Source: an uncultured bacterium (GTDB lineage: Bacteria; Bipolaricaulota; Bipolaricaulia; UBA7950; UBA9294). Taken from it: a DNA stretch of 64,000 nt. The stretch spans positions 20,357 to 84,356 of the forward strand of contig CBDUVB010000003.1 of NCBI GenBank assembly GCA_965370555.1. The letters run 5' to 3'. Position numbers and translations under genes: made by a program. This document shows, in pieces, positions 55,901 to 64,000 of this stretch; position 1 is the stretch's first letter, and each line of letters begins with the position of its first letter. The notes under the pieces were generated by a model, which was not told the DNA's origin, did not search any database, and worked only from the letters and a program-made list of their open reading frames with translations.

Positions 55901-56737
55901 TTGGGGATCGGGCCGCAGGCGTTGGTGACGCTTCGCGTGATCATGGCGGTGGCGATTGTCTTGATAGTTCTTCTCCTTACTGACCGTACCGCACTTCACC
56001 TTCCGAGGAGATCCCTCCCCCTCTTCATCATTCTTGGCGTTGCCACCGCCCTCAACTACAGCATGTTCTTCCACGGAGTCGCTCGTTTGAGCGTGGGGGT
56101 CTCGATCTCGATCTTCTACCTCTATCCCGTCTTTGTGACGCTGGCAGCCCACTTCTTTCTGAAGGAGCCGTTCTCCTGGGAGAAGGGCGGAGCTCTCCTG
56201 ATAGCTGTCGTCGGCACGAGCTTCGTCTCCGGCATGTGGGAGAACGCCGTCTCGCTCTCGGCAGTGGGGATTGCCTTCGTCCTCGCCTCTGCCGTTGGGT
56301 GCGCCGCCTATACCCTCCTCGTCAAGGTGGCACTGCGTGTGCATCCTCCCACACGCGTTCTCGCTTACTCCCTCACCTTCTCCCTCCCGTTTCTCATCGC
56401 GGCGACCCTCCTTACCCACGAAAGGCTCATTGCCCCCTACCCGATCGAGGCCTGGGGGGTAGTCCTCCTGATAGCCCTCTTCCCCACTCTGATCGCCTAC
56501 TACCTGTTCAACCTTGCACTGGAGCGGATCGAGGCCGGGAGAGCGAGCATCATCGGGACCCTAGAACCGGTCCTGGCGAGCCTCCTCGCGTTCATCTTCC
56601 TGAGAGAACGACTCACCCTGCTGCAGGGGGTGGGAATCCTCTTTATCCTCGTCGGTGCGGGGCTCGCTCAGTACAAACGGGTTGAACCACGTGGGATCGA
56701 TGAGCTACCCTTAACGGGTGAGGAGGCGATAAGATGA
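55901..56737 (+). CDS. EamA/DMT-family transporter (the N-terminus probably extends upstream to about 55806 with a non-ATG start)
   Basis: 10-TM EamA repeats. The in-frame upstream sequence [31 protein letters not shown] looks like the genuine first TM helix. Confidence 0.7.
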   Translation: MGIGPQALVTLRVIMAVAIVLIVLLLTDRTALHLPRRSLPLFIILGVATALNYSMFFHGVARLSVGVSISIFYLYPVFVTLAAHFFLKEPFSWEKGGALLIAVVGTSFVSGMWENAVSLSAVGIAFVLASAVGCAAYTLLVKVALRVHPPTRVLAYSLTFSLPFLIAATLLTHERLIAPYPIEAWGVVLLIALFPTLIAYYLFNLALERIEAGRASIIGTLEPVLASLLAFIFLRERLTLLQGVGILFILVGAGLAQYKRVEPRGIDELPLTGEEAIR

Positions 56738-58395
56738 GCGATGCGGCGGCAAGAACGGTACGGGCACCACGCGGGATGAGCCTTCACTGCAAGGGGTGGC
56801 TGCAGGAGGCGGCGTGGCGGATGATCCAGCACAACCTCGACCCCGAGGTTGCCGGAGACCCGGCCCACCTTATCGTATACGGGGGGACCGGGAAGGCGGC
56901 GCGATCGTGGGAAGATTTTGACCTTATCCTCCGCTCCTTGGAGAAATTGGAGAACGATGAGACGCTCCTCGTTCAATCCGGGCGCGCGGTCGGGGTGTTC
57001 AAGACTCACGAGGATGCCCCGCGTGTCCTGATCGCCAACTCTCTCCTCGTCCCGGACTGGGCAACCTGGGAGAAATTCCGCGAACTCGAACAGATGGGGC
57101 TCACCATGTACGGACAGATGACCGCTGGCTCGTGGATCTACATCGGTACGCAGGGGATTTTGCAAGGGACCTATGAGACGCTCGCTGAGTGCGCACGCCA
57201 GCACTTCGACGGCACACTGAAAGGGCGGCTCGTCCTCAGCGCTGGTTTAGGGGAGATGGGTGGGGCGCAGCCCCTCGCGATCACGATGAACGACGGGGTG
57301 GGCCTCCTCATAGAGGTGAATCGCGAGAAGATCGAACGACGCCTCAAGCTGAACCAGCTCGATACCTCGACGGAATCACTCAATGAGGCACTGGAATGGG
57401 TTGCCGCTGCCAAGAAGAAGGGCGATTCCCTGTCGGTCGGCCTCTTAGGGAACGCCGCCGACCTCCTCCCGGAGATCCTCGCCCGCGGGGTCGTCCCCGA
57501 TGTCGTCACCGATCAGACCTCGGCTCACGATGAACTGAACGGCTACATCCCTGGGGGGATGAGCTACGACGAGGCCCTCTCCCTGCGCGAGGCGAACCCC
57601 GCCCGCTATAGCGAGCTCGCGTTCCGATCGATGGTGCGGCATGTCGAAGCGATGAACGGGTTCCTCGATCGCGGAGCAATCGTCTTCGATTACGGGAACA
57701 ACCTGCGTGGTCAGGCACAAACCGGCGGCTTGAAGGAGGCCTTCCGCTTCCCAGGCTTCGTCCCCGCCTACATCCGACCGATGTTCTGTGAGGGGAAGGG
57801 GCCGTTCCGCTGGGTTGCGCTCTCCGGCGATCCGCAGGACATCTACCGCACCGATGAGATGATCCTAGATCTCTTTCCGGAGAACGAGTCGCTCCACCGC
57901 TGGATCAAGAAGGCACAGGAGAAGGTGACCTTCCAGGGGCTTCCCTCGCGGATCTGCTGGCTCGGCTACGGTGAGAGAGCAAAAGCAGGCCTCGCGTTCA
58001 ACGAACTAGTCAGATCCGGGGAGGTCACCGCCCCGATCGTAATCGGACGCGACCACCTCGACGCTGGCTCGGTCGCCTCCCCCTACCGCGAGACCGAGGG
58101 GATGAAGGACGGCTCGGATGCGATCGCCGATTGGCCAATCCTGAACGCCCTGTTGAACGCTGTCTCCGGAGCGACGTGGATCTCGGTCCATCACGGGGGT
58201 GGCGTGGGAATCGGAAAGTCGATCCACGCGGGGATGGTAATCGTCGCCGATGGGACCACAGAGGCCGATCGCCGCCTGGAGCGGGTCCTCACCTGCGACC
58301 CGGGGACGGGGATCATGCGGCACGTCGACGCCGGCTACGACAAGGCGATCCGCGTTGCTAGCGAACGCGGAGTGAAAATACCGGGAATTGAATAA
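56734..58395 (+). CDS. hutU: urocanate hydratase
   Basis: 553 aa; full-length urocanase family ([16 protein letters not shown]-binding core). Confidence 0.93.
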   Translation: MSDAAARTVRAPRGMSLHCKGWLQEAAWRMIQHNLDPEVAGDPAHLIVYGGTGKAARSWEDFDLILRSLEKLENDETLLVQSGRAVGVFKTHEDAPRVLIANSLLVPDWATWEKFRELEQMGLTMYGQMTAGSWIYIGTQGILQGTYETLAECARQHFDGTLKGRLVLSAGLGEMGGAQPLAITMNDGVGLLIEVNREKIERRLKLNQLDTSTESLNEALEWVAAAKKKGDSLSVGLLGNAADLLPEILARGVVPDVVTDQTSAHDELNGYIPGGMSYDEALSLREANPARYSELAFRSMVRHVEAMNGFLDRGAIVFDYGNNLRGQAQTGGLKEAFRFPGFVPAYIRPMFCEGKGPFRWVALSGDPQDIYRTDEMILDLFPENESLHRWIKKAQEKVTFQGLPSRICWLGYGERAKAGLAFNELVRSGEVTAPIVIGRDHLDAGSVASPYRETEGMKDGSDAIADWPILNALLNAVSGATWISVHHGGGVGIGKSIHAGMVIVADGTTEADRRLERVLTCDPGTGIMRHVDAGYDKAIRVASERGVKIPGIE

Positions 58396-58470
58396 TTGAA
58401 TGATCGGAGGATTGAGTGATCGGGTGATTGAGATGTTAAATCATTCAATCTCTCAATCGCTAAATCACTC
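58395..58470 (+). repeat. palindromic AATCACTC/GAGTGATT repeat, dispersed copy 3 (possible terminator of hutU)
   Basis: GGATTGAGTGATCGGGTGATTGAG followed by its near reverse complement CTCAATCGCTAAATCACTCAATTC; shares GATGTTAAATCA(C/T)TCAATC with 43073. Confidence 0.45.
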
Positions 58471-58496
58471 AATTCTTTCCTCTGTGCTAAACCGAT

Positions 58497-58817
58497 GTGC
58501 GAGTGAAAACGACCATGAACAGTGGATCACAGGGCAGTGAAATCAAGATCACGGTGAAGGCCTTTGGTGGCCTGCGTGAGTTGATCGGCTCCTCCGCGGC
58601 CTTCGTTCATCTTCCTCACGAGGCGACGATCACCGATCTTCTCGCTGAGATACGGCGTTGCTATCCGCTTTTCTCCGAGAAGCTGGAAGTGGGCCTAAGG
58701 AAAGGGTACATCAACATCCTCTTGAACGGGCGCAACGTTCGTTTTCTGGATAGGATGGCCACGCGGCTCTCCGACGGGGTCACGGTCGCTTTCCTCCCCC
58801 CGGTCGGAGGGGGGTAG
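58497..58817 (+). CDS. moaD: MoaD/ThiS-family sulfur-carrier protein (C-terminal GG)
   Basis: IKITVKAFGGLRELIG...DGVTVAFLPPVGGG*; the true start is probably at MNSGSQ (58515). Confidence 0.7.
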   Translation: MRVKTTMNSGSQGSEIKITVKAFGGLRELIGSSAAFVHLPHEATITDLLAEIRRCYPLFSEKLEVGLRKGYINILLNGRNVRFLDRMATRLSDGVTVAFLPPVGGG

Positions 58818-59765
58818 ATCTTCCAGGCCGCCGCTTCCTGTCTTAAACCCTTTCCACAACCAAAGGAGGATCCCGAGGAGGACTATCGTCGAGATCGCGC
58901 TCCCCTCCAGGCCGAACTTCCCTCCGGTGAGCCAGATTGGGCCAGAGATTTGCGAGACAAGAAGGGTCGTCCCAGGAAGGCCCAGGCCATCGGGGGAATA
59001 CCCTGAGTTCGGCAACCCAAGTAGGAAGAACTGGGCGAAATTCCAGGAAGCGTGCCACCCGATCGGAAACCAGAGCGACCGAAACCGCAGCATTCCCACG
59101 GTGAAGACGATGGAGATGAGCGCGATGTTCACCAACCCCAGCGTGTTGGCGTTGGGATTCTGCATGTGACGTGCCGCAAAGACGGCCGCGGTCACGATAA
59201 TCGCCAGAATAGTTCCCCAACCGCGTTTCACGTTCTGGAAGAGGTATCCGCGGCACTCGATCTCTTCCAGGATCGGTGCCAGGAGAGACGATACGACGAA
59301 CCAGCCTGCAGCCGCAAGGAGAACCTGGGAAGAGATAGAAACGTCCCCCCACTCTATGTGGACAGACCCGAGCACCGCCAGGATTCCGAACACTAGCAAG
59401 ATCTCGCCAAGACCCGCGATAAGACCGAAGAAGAGGGGGCGCCATAGGCGACGCGAGAATGCCAGAAGCATCGCGCCAAAAGGCTTGTGCTCCAATCGCT
59501 TCCACGCCCAGATGAATAGGAGAAGGTGGACAACGCCCCCGATGACCAATGCCCACATCTGCCCATCGGGGTTCACGCTCCATCTCTCGCCGGATGGATC
59601 CATCTGCGGCCAACCGAACAAATAGACCGTGATGTTGAAGAGAAAGGCCACGGCGATGAAACGGAGAAGACCGCTCCATGTGAGTGCGTGGAGGAGAAGG
59701 GCGCGCACGATAGGCCAGACGCGTTCTGTCAGGATCGATCGCGGGATACGCTCATCGTTTATCAT
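58695..59765 (-). CDS. CPBP-family intramembrane glutamic endopeptidase (CAAX protease)
   Basis: 8 TM helices; motifs EEIECRGYLFQ, FAARH and HASWN; low-complexity C-terminal tail. Confidence 0.75.
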   Translation of the reverse strand: MINDERIPRSILTERVWPIVRALLLHALTWSGLLRFIAVAFLFNITVYLFGWPQMDPSGERWSVNPDGQMWALVIGGVVHLLLFIWAWKRLEHKPFGAMLLAFSRRLWRPLFFGLIAGLGEILLVFGILAVLGSVHIEWGDVSISSQVLLAAAGWFVVSSLLAPILEEIECRGYLFQNVKRGWGTILAIIVTAAVFAARHMQNPNANTLGLVNIALISIVFTVGMLRFRSLWFPIGWHASWNFAQFFLLGLPNSGYSPDGLGLPGTTLLVSQISGPIWLTGGKFGLEGSAISTIVLLGILLWLWKGFKTGSGGLEDLPPSDRGEESDRDPVGEPRGHPIQKTNVAPVQEDVDVPFP

Positions 59766-59786
59766 CCTGTTTGGACGAAAACGAAA

Positions 59787-60458
59787 TCACTCCCCCATTG
59801 GCGGGAAGAGGCTCTTGAACATGAATTGCTGCAGGTCGCCGAGTTTCTCCAGCGCTGCCGCGATCCTGATCCGATACTCTAGGGGAAACGGTTCTTTCCG
59901 CTTGTTCTTGATCTTCGTGATGTCGATGACGGGGTCGGGGTCGTTTAAGCGCTCTTCCTCGCCGAGCGAGACGTAGTTTAGAGCCTCGCGTGCCTTGAAG
60001 ATCTCCGCGATCCCTTCCTCTGTAATGTTGATCGCGCCGGAGAGCTCGGCGAGCGTCGGCAAGCGTCTCTCCTGACGGAGAAGGCGTACCTGTGTCTCCT
60101 CGATGCGGCGGTTCAAGTCCTTCAACCAACGGGGAAACTGCGAGCGGTTCACGCGCTCGCGGATGTGTTGGCGGATCTCCCCTCGAATCAAGTTCTTCGC
60201 GTATTCACTGAAGTCCTTCTCGTGTGCTAGCTCGACATTGTAAGTGGCGTTCAGTAATCCCAGGTACCCGGCGCGGAAGAGTTCTTCGTGTGAGAAACCG
60301 CTATGCGAGAACGTCTCCTCAACCACCTCATCGATTAAGTGGGTCGTCCTATCGAGGATTTCCGCCCGGATTGCATCTTGATCGGTTCCTTCCGCTCCGA
60401 GAAGGGGCAGGAGCTCTTCCAGCGTGAGTCCCGAGATCTCTCTTTCGTCTTCGGCCAT
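59787..60458 (-). CDS. sigma-70-family-like protein (regions 2 and 3 recognisable, no canonical region 4)
   Basis: FRAGYLGLLNATYNVE...FSEYAKNLIRGEIRQHIRE resembles region 2.1-2.4; LPTLAELSGAINITEEGIAEIFKA resembles region 3. Confidence 0.45.
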   Translation of the reverse strand: MAEDEREISGLTLEELLPLLGAEGTDQDAIRAEILDRTTHLIDEVVEETFSHSGFSHEELFRAGYLGLLNATYNVELAHEKDFSEYAKNLIRGEIRQHIRERVNRSQFPRWLKDLNRRIEETQVRLLRQERRLPTLAELSGAINITEEGIAEIFKAREALNYVSLGEEERLNDPDPVIDITKIKNKRKEPFPLEYRIRIAAALEKLGDLQQFMFKSLFPPMGE

Positions 60459-60462
60459 CAGA

Positions 60463-61680
60463 CTAGAACGTCAACTCAAATCCGAATGAGACCTCGTTGA
60501 TTCCGCTATAGTCGAATGCGGCCGTGGTATATAAGGTTATGCCGCCGAATGCTACATCGGCCCGCAGCCACTGACCGGAGAAGCCCGACATATCGAAGGA
60601 GGTGAGGCTGGCGAAGTGGACTGGACCGATCGTCGCTTCGAGCGCGATAAGCTGGCGCTCGAAGAGGAAGGTCTCGTCGAAATCGGTCTCCGCAGTAAGG
60701 ATGACCCCGCATATATCGACCGAGATAGCGAACGATTGACCGTCGAATACGATCGGAATCGGCATGGGAGTAGTCGGGGCAACGAAACTCGTCTTGGCCG
60801 TGAACCGCACCATCTCGATCTGAAGGTCCAGAATGAAGTTGAGCCCGCTGATCGAGATCGTATCATCGAAGCTGACAACGGTAAGAAAGGCGAGTGTCGG
60901 TTCTTCAAACCGATACCCAAACTCGATGATCTCCTTGGAGAAACCGAGCAGATCGAACCACGTGCTGCTGCTCGCAATCAACCCTGCGTAGTCCATCTCC
61001 AGACGGACAAGCTCCTCCTCAAAGTAGAAACCAGGGACGATCGTCACCCTGAGATCCGGTGTAGCCCCAAACAGGGAATCGAGGTGGATAAAGAGCCCCA
61101 ACAGGTCGTGCGAGAATGGGGCTTCGATTCCGTCGAGAACGGTCACCAGGTCTACCGCGCCGAACCCGGTTAGCGTGGTGATGGAGAATCCGCAAAGGAT
61201 CCCGCTCGAAAGCTCGAGAACCGCTCCCATGCTGTAGTCCGGGGTCTGGACCGAACCGATATTGGCAAGGATCAGGTCGAGGCCGACTTGCACTCCAAGA
61301 AACTGCACATCAACCCCTAGCTGGTTCCAACTGAAGTAGGGATCGAATAGGATCTCTTCAAAGATCTGCGCCGCACCGAGGTCGACTGTCGCGCCAAACC
61401 CCTGCGACTGGAACCCGGATAAGTCAAAGACCGTCTCCGATGCAAAGGTGAAACCGGCCACACTGAACGACAGGGTCAAACCCGAGTCGATGTTGTACGA
61501 AAGAGGGGGGATTGGGGTGAACGTGAATTCGAGCCCAACACTCCCAGAGAACCCAAACCCCGGACCATCGGAGCAGCAAACATCGTCAGCCAGGGCAAGC
61601 CCCCCCGTTATCGACAAGACAATCAGCATCAACAAAACCATGAGGCGGGAGTAGATCCGCGGCATGATAACCTCCTTCAT
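60463..61680 (-). CDS. secreted Gly/Phe/Ser/Thr-rich protein, predicted outer-membrane beta-barrel (paralog of 15774..17027)
   Basis: Signal peptide; alternating amphipathic strands; C-terminal beta-signal ...EVSFGFELTF. Confidence 0.45.
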   Translation of the reverse strand: MKEVIMPRIYSRLMVLLMLIVLSITGGLALADDVCCSDGPGFGFSGSVGLEFTFTPIPPLSYNIDSGLTLSFSVAGFTFASETVFDLSGFQSQGFGATVDLGAAQIFEEILFDPYFSWNQLGVDVQFLGVQVGLDLILANIGSVQTPDYSMGAVLELSSGILCGFSITTLTGFGAVDLVTVLDGIEAPFSHDLLGLFIHLDSLFGATPDLRVTIVPGFYFEEELVRLEMDYAGLIASSSTWFDLLGFSKEIIEFGYRFEEPTLAFLTVVSFDDTISISGLNFILDLQIEMVRFTAKTSFVAPTTPMPIPIVFDGQSFAISVDICGVILTAETDFDETFLFERQLIALEATIGPVHFASLTSFDMSGFSGQWLRADVAFGGITLYTTAAFDYSGINEVSFGFELTF

Positions 61681-61924
61681 CGTGAATAGAATCCTAATCG
61701 ACCCCCAGAGGAGGTGAGAGGAAATCAGAGAGACCCAGGTCGTGGGTTTGTCTCTACAGGAGAGGACAAGTGTCGATCCGTTCCGGTCCCGCGAGAACCG
61801 CGAGTCTCCTCGTTTTCGGAAAAGCGCGTAAGAATGTGCGCAACTGACACGGTCTTCTCAAGATGGAGTACGAACCCCTTGACTTTCCAGCGCGAATTGT
61901 GTTACGGTGACCCCATAAGGAGGT

Positions 61925-62851
61925 GTGTGTAGTATGAAGAAGTTTCTGATTGGCTTAACCGTACTGAGTTTAGTGGTGTTGCTCGGAGGAGGACTCGTCC
62001 TGGCGCAGGATAAATACATCGTCGCCTCGGACATCCCGTGGGCCCCGTTCGAGATGGTCACAGCGGGCGGGGAGTTCTTCGGGTTCGATCTCGATGCGAT
62101 TCGCATGATTGCGATCGTTGCCGGTTTCGAAGTCGAGATTCAGAACATCGGCTTTGACGCGATCATCCAAACCGTAGATACAGGGAAGGCTGATCTGGGC
62201 GTATCCGGGTTCACCATCACCGCCGAGCGTGAGGAGACGATCGACTTCTCCGCGCCGTACTACCTCTCGAACCAGGCGGTTGTCATTCGCAAGGATTCAG
62301 GCCTCAACATCATCACTGCGATGGCCGGACTCGGACCGAAGAAGGCAATCGGTGCGCAGAACGGAACGACAGGCTTCTACTACCTGGAGGACAACCTCCA
62401 GGCCGCGGGGATCGATATCGAGGCGAAAGGGTACGAGTTCTACCCAACGGCGATCCTCGATCTAGTCAACGGGCGGGTCGACGCGGTTATCCAGGACGAG
62501 CCCGCATCCCGGGCATCTATCGCCGCTTACCCGGACGTACTTACGATTGCTGGGATCATCAACACCTACGAGTACTTCGGATTCCTCGTGGCGGACGGCG
62601 ACCCCGAAGGTCTCCTCCCCAGGATCAGCGCAGCGATGGCCGAACTGGGTCTTGAGGTCGTGGAGGGAGCAGGAGGCGCAAAGGATCTCGTCGTTACGCT
62701 GGGGAGCCCTTGGGACAATCTCCTTTCAGGTTACTTCGGCCCGACGAACGACCAGATCGAGGCGGCCTGGCTCGCTTCCAAGGACCTGCTCCTGGTCGAT
62801 AAGGACGTGGAAGCCTTCGCCGCGAAGTTCGCCGAGGAGGCAAACAAGTAG
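61925..62851 (+). CDS. polar amino-acid ABC transporter substrate-binding protein
   Basis: Signal peptide plus a PBPb (family 3 SBP) fold. Confidence 0.85.
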   Translation: MCSMKKFLIGLTVLSLVVLLGGGLVLAQDKYIVASDIPWAPFEMVTAGGEFFGFDLDAIRMIAIVAGFEVEIQNIGFDAIIQTVDTGKADLGVSGFTITAEREETIDFSAPYYLSNQAVVIRKDSGLNIITAMAGLGPKKAIGAQNGTTGFYYLEDNLQAAGIDIEAKGYEFYPTAILDLVNGRVDAVIQDEPASRASIAAYPDVLTIAGIINTYEYFGFLVADGDPEGLLPRISAAMAELGLEVVEGAGGAKDLVVTLGSPWDNLLSGYFGPTNDQIEAAWLASKDLLLVDKDVEAFAAKFAEEANK

Positions 62852-62971
62852 GCCGATCAGGTCTTAGTTTAGTTGTATAACCGGGGGCCTCCGATTGGGG
62901 GCCCCCGCTCGATCCATAAAGGGAAGGAGAGGGCAATAGAAGGGCTCATCGTCATCGGGAAGAGTCTCCCT

Positions 62972-63613
62972 ATGCTCCTACGGGGGACGTTAATCAACAT
63001 CGAACTCTTGCTCGCTCTGTTGATAGTTGGACTGTTGGTCGGCACGGTCATCGCCCTGTTGCAGGTCTATGGGGGGCGATTCTTCGGAACACTCGCTTCT
63101 GGATACGCGTGGATCTTCAGAAGCATTCCCGCTCTCGTCCTTCTATTTCTGTTCTATTTCGGCCCTTCGCAGTTCGGAGTGAATGTTGCGCCATTTCTCG
63201 CCGCGACCATCGCCCTTGGATTGCGCTCCTCGGCGTACCAGTCGCAGATCTTCCGCGGGGCGCTCCAAGCGATCCCCAACGGACAGATGATGGCCGCTCG
63301 TTCACTTGGGATGAGTCGTTTGCAGGCGATCGTCTCGATCATCATTCCACAGGCATTTCGCCTCTCTATTGCCGGTTGGTCTAACGAGTACTCTTCAGTC
63401 GTAAAGGACACCACCCTTGCTTACGTCGTTGGCCTGAACGAGGTCCTTCGTCATGCGCGTATCATCATAGATAGGCACTACGATCTGGCGATGCTGGCCT
63501 ACCTTGCTGTGGCACTGATCTTTCTCGTGTTGACCTACGCGGGCAATTGGAGCTTGGGCCGATTGGAAGCGCGAATACGAATACCCGGCCTGCAAATAGG
63601 GGGGGAGCTGTAA
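62972..63613 (+). CDS. polar amino-acid ABC transporter permease
   Basis: His/Glu/Gln/Arg/opine-family permease with EAA-like loop; start trimmed to MLLRGT. Confidence 0.85.
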   Translation: MLLRGTLINIELLLALLIVGLLVGTVIALLQVYGGRFFGTLASGYAWIFRSIPALVLLFLFYFGPSQFGVNVAPFLAATIALGLRSSAYQSQIFRGALQAIPNGQMMAARSLGMSRLQAIVSIIIPQAFRLSIAGWSNEYSSVVKDTTLAYVVGLNEVLRHARIIIDRHYDLAMLAYLAVALIFLVLTYAGNWSLGRLEARIRIPGLQIGGEL

Positions 63614-63616
63614 TCA

Positions 63617-64000
63617 ATGAGCCTGTTAAAGGTTGAAGACGTTCATAAGCGGTACGGGAAAGAAGAGGTCCTCAAAGGGGTCTCTTTCGAGCTTGAACGC
63701 GGGGAGACGAAGGTCATCATCGGTCCCTCCGGGACTGGGAAATCGACGCTCCTCCGTTGCATAAATCAGTTGAGTCCGCCGGAAAAGGGACGTGTATGGC
63801 TCGATGGGGTAGAGATCACGCATGCGCATGCGAAGATTAACGATCTGCGCGCGCAGATCGGCTTCGTCTTCCAGAGTTTCAACCTCTTCTCCCACCTGAC
63901 TGCCCTGAGGAACGTTAGGATTGGCCCGATCAAGGTCAAGGGGATGAGTAAGGAGGAGGCGACAAAGCTGGCGATGGAGGAGCTTACCCGGGTCGGATTG
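63617..64000 (+). CDS. amino-acid ABC transporter ATP-binding protein, 5' part (runs off the window)
   Basis: LKVEDVHKRYG...GPSGTGKST Walker A and Q-loop. Confidence 0.85.
   Translation, partial: MSLLKVEDVHKRYGKEEVLKGVSFELERGETKVIIGPSGTGKSTLLRCINQLSPPEKGRVWLDGVEITHAHAKINDLRAQIGFVFQSFNLFSHLTALRNVRIGPIKVKGMSKEEATKLAMEELTRVGL

Overview
This 64-kb window is from a high-GC (about 60%) bacterium that the gene content suggests is a thermophilic diderm. The thermophile call rests on a di-myo-inositol-phosphate (DIP) operon and zinc-ribbon (Cys4) forms of several ribosomal proteins. The diderm call rests on several predicted outer-membrane beta-barrel proteins with a canonical C-terminal beta-signal.

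Bases 1-13.5 kb are the conserved S10/spc/alpha ribosomal-protein cluster on the + strand. It runs from the rplC 3' end through rplD, rplW, rplB, rpsS, rplV, rpsC, rplP, rpmC, rpsQ, rplN, rplX, rplE, rpsZ, rpsH, rplF, rplR, rpsE, rplO, secY, adk, map, infA, rpmJ, rpsM, rpsK, rpsD and rpoA to rplQ. It has no rpmD (L30) and ends in a rho-independent terminator.

The middle of the window (13.5-44.5 kb) is accessory-like. It contains:
- an L-threonine-3-dehydrogenase gene, a glycosyltransferase family 4 (MraY/WecA-type) gene and a predicted outer-membrane-protein gene in one operon;
- a TrmY-DUF2007 fusion;
- an OmpR-type two-component system whose histidine kinase is frameshifted, followed by small Cys/His/Gly-rich secreted proteins and a NapH-like polyferredoxin;
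- a PKD-domain lipoprotein;
- a Lon-like (LonC/COG1067) protease divergent from a phospholipase-D-like (two HKD motifs) gene;
- ino1 plus a fused IPCT/DIPPS gene for DIP synthesis;
- nfeD, a HAD hydrolase, recQ and a 5'-nucleotidase;
- a lower-GC island (about 36.4-42.2 kb) with a large subtilisin-family (S8) lipoprotein, two tandemly duplicated secreted Gly-rich paralogs and a small secreted protein;
- yebC and a PflX-like radical-SAM gene.

The 44.5-55.7 kb stretch is a long minus-strand housekeeping run: tRNA-Val(CAC), rng, folK-folB, glyS-glyQ, rplT-rpmI-infC, nadD-obgE-rpmA, a Prp-like gene, rplU and metG. The last 8 kb carries an EamA transporter, hutU, a moaD-like gene, an operon of a CPBP protease, a sigma-70-like protein and a second outer-membrane-protein paralog, and the start of a polar-amino-acid ABC transporter.

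The most unusual signals are non-coding:
- a dispersed 200-bp hairpin-forming element in two 95%-identical copies;
- a 40-bp inverted-repeat motif (core TTACCCACTCGAAACGACAAAGAGCC) that brackets two 315-320-bp cassettes, one of which encloses a GxxExxY pseudogene inside a hairpin next to the tRNA;
- an 8-bp periodic AATCACTC repeat family at three intergenic sites;
- tandem perfect 5-2-5 palindromes upstream of folB.
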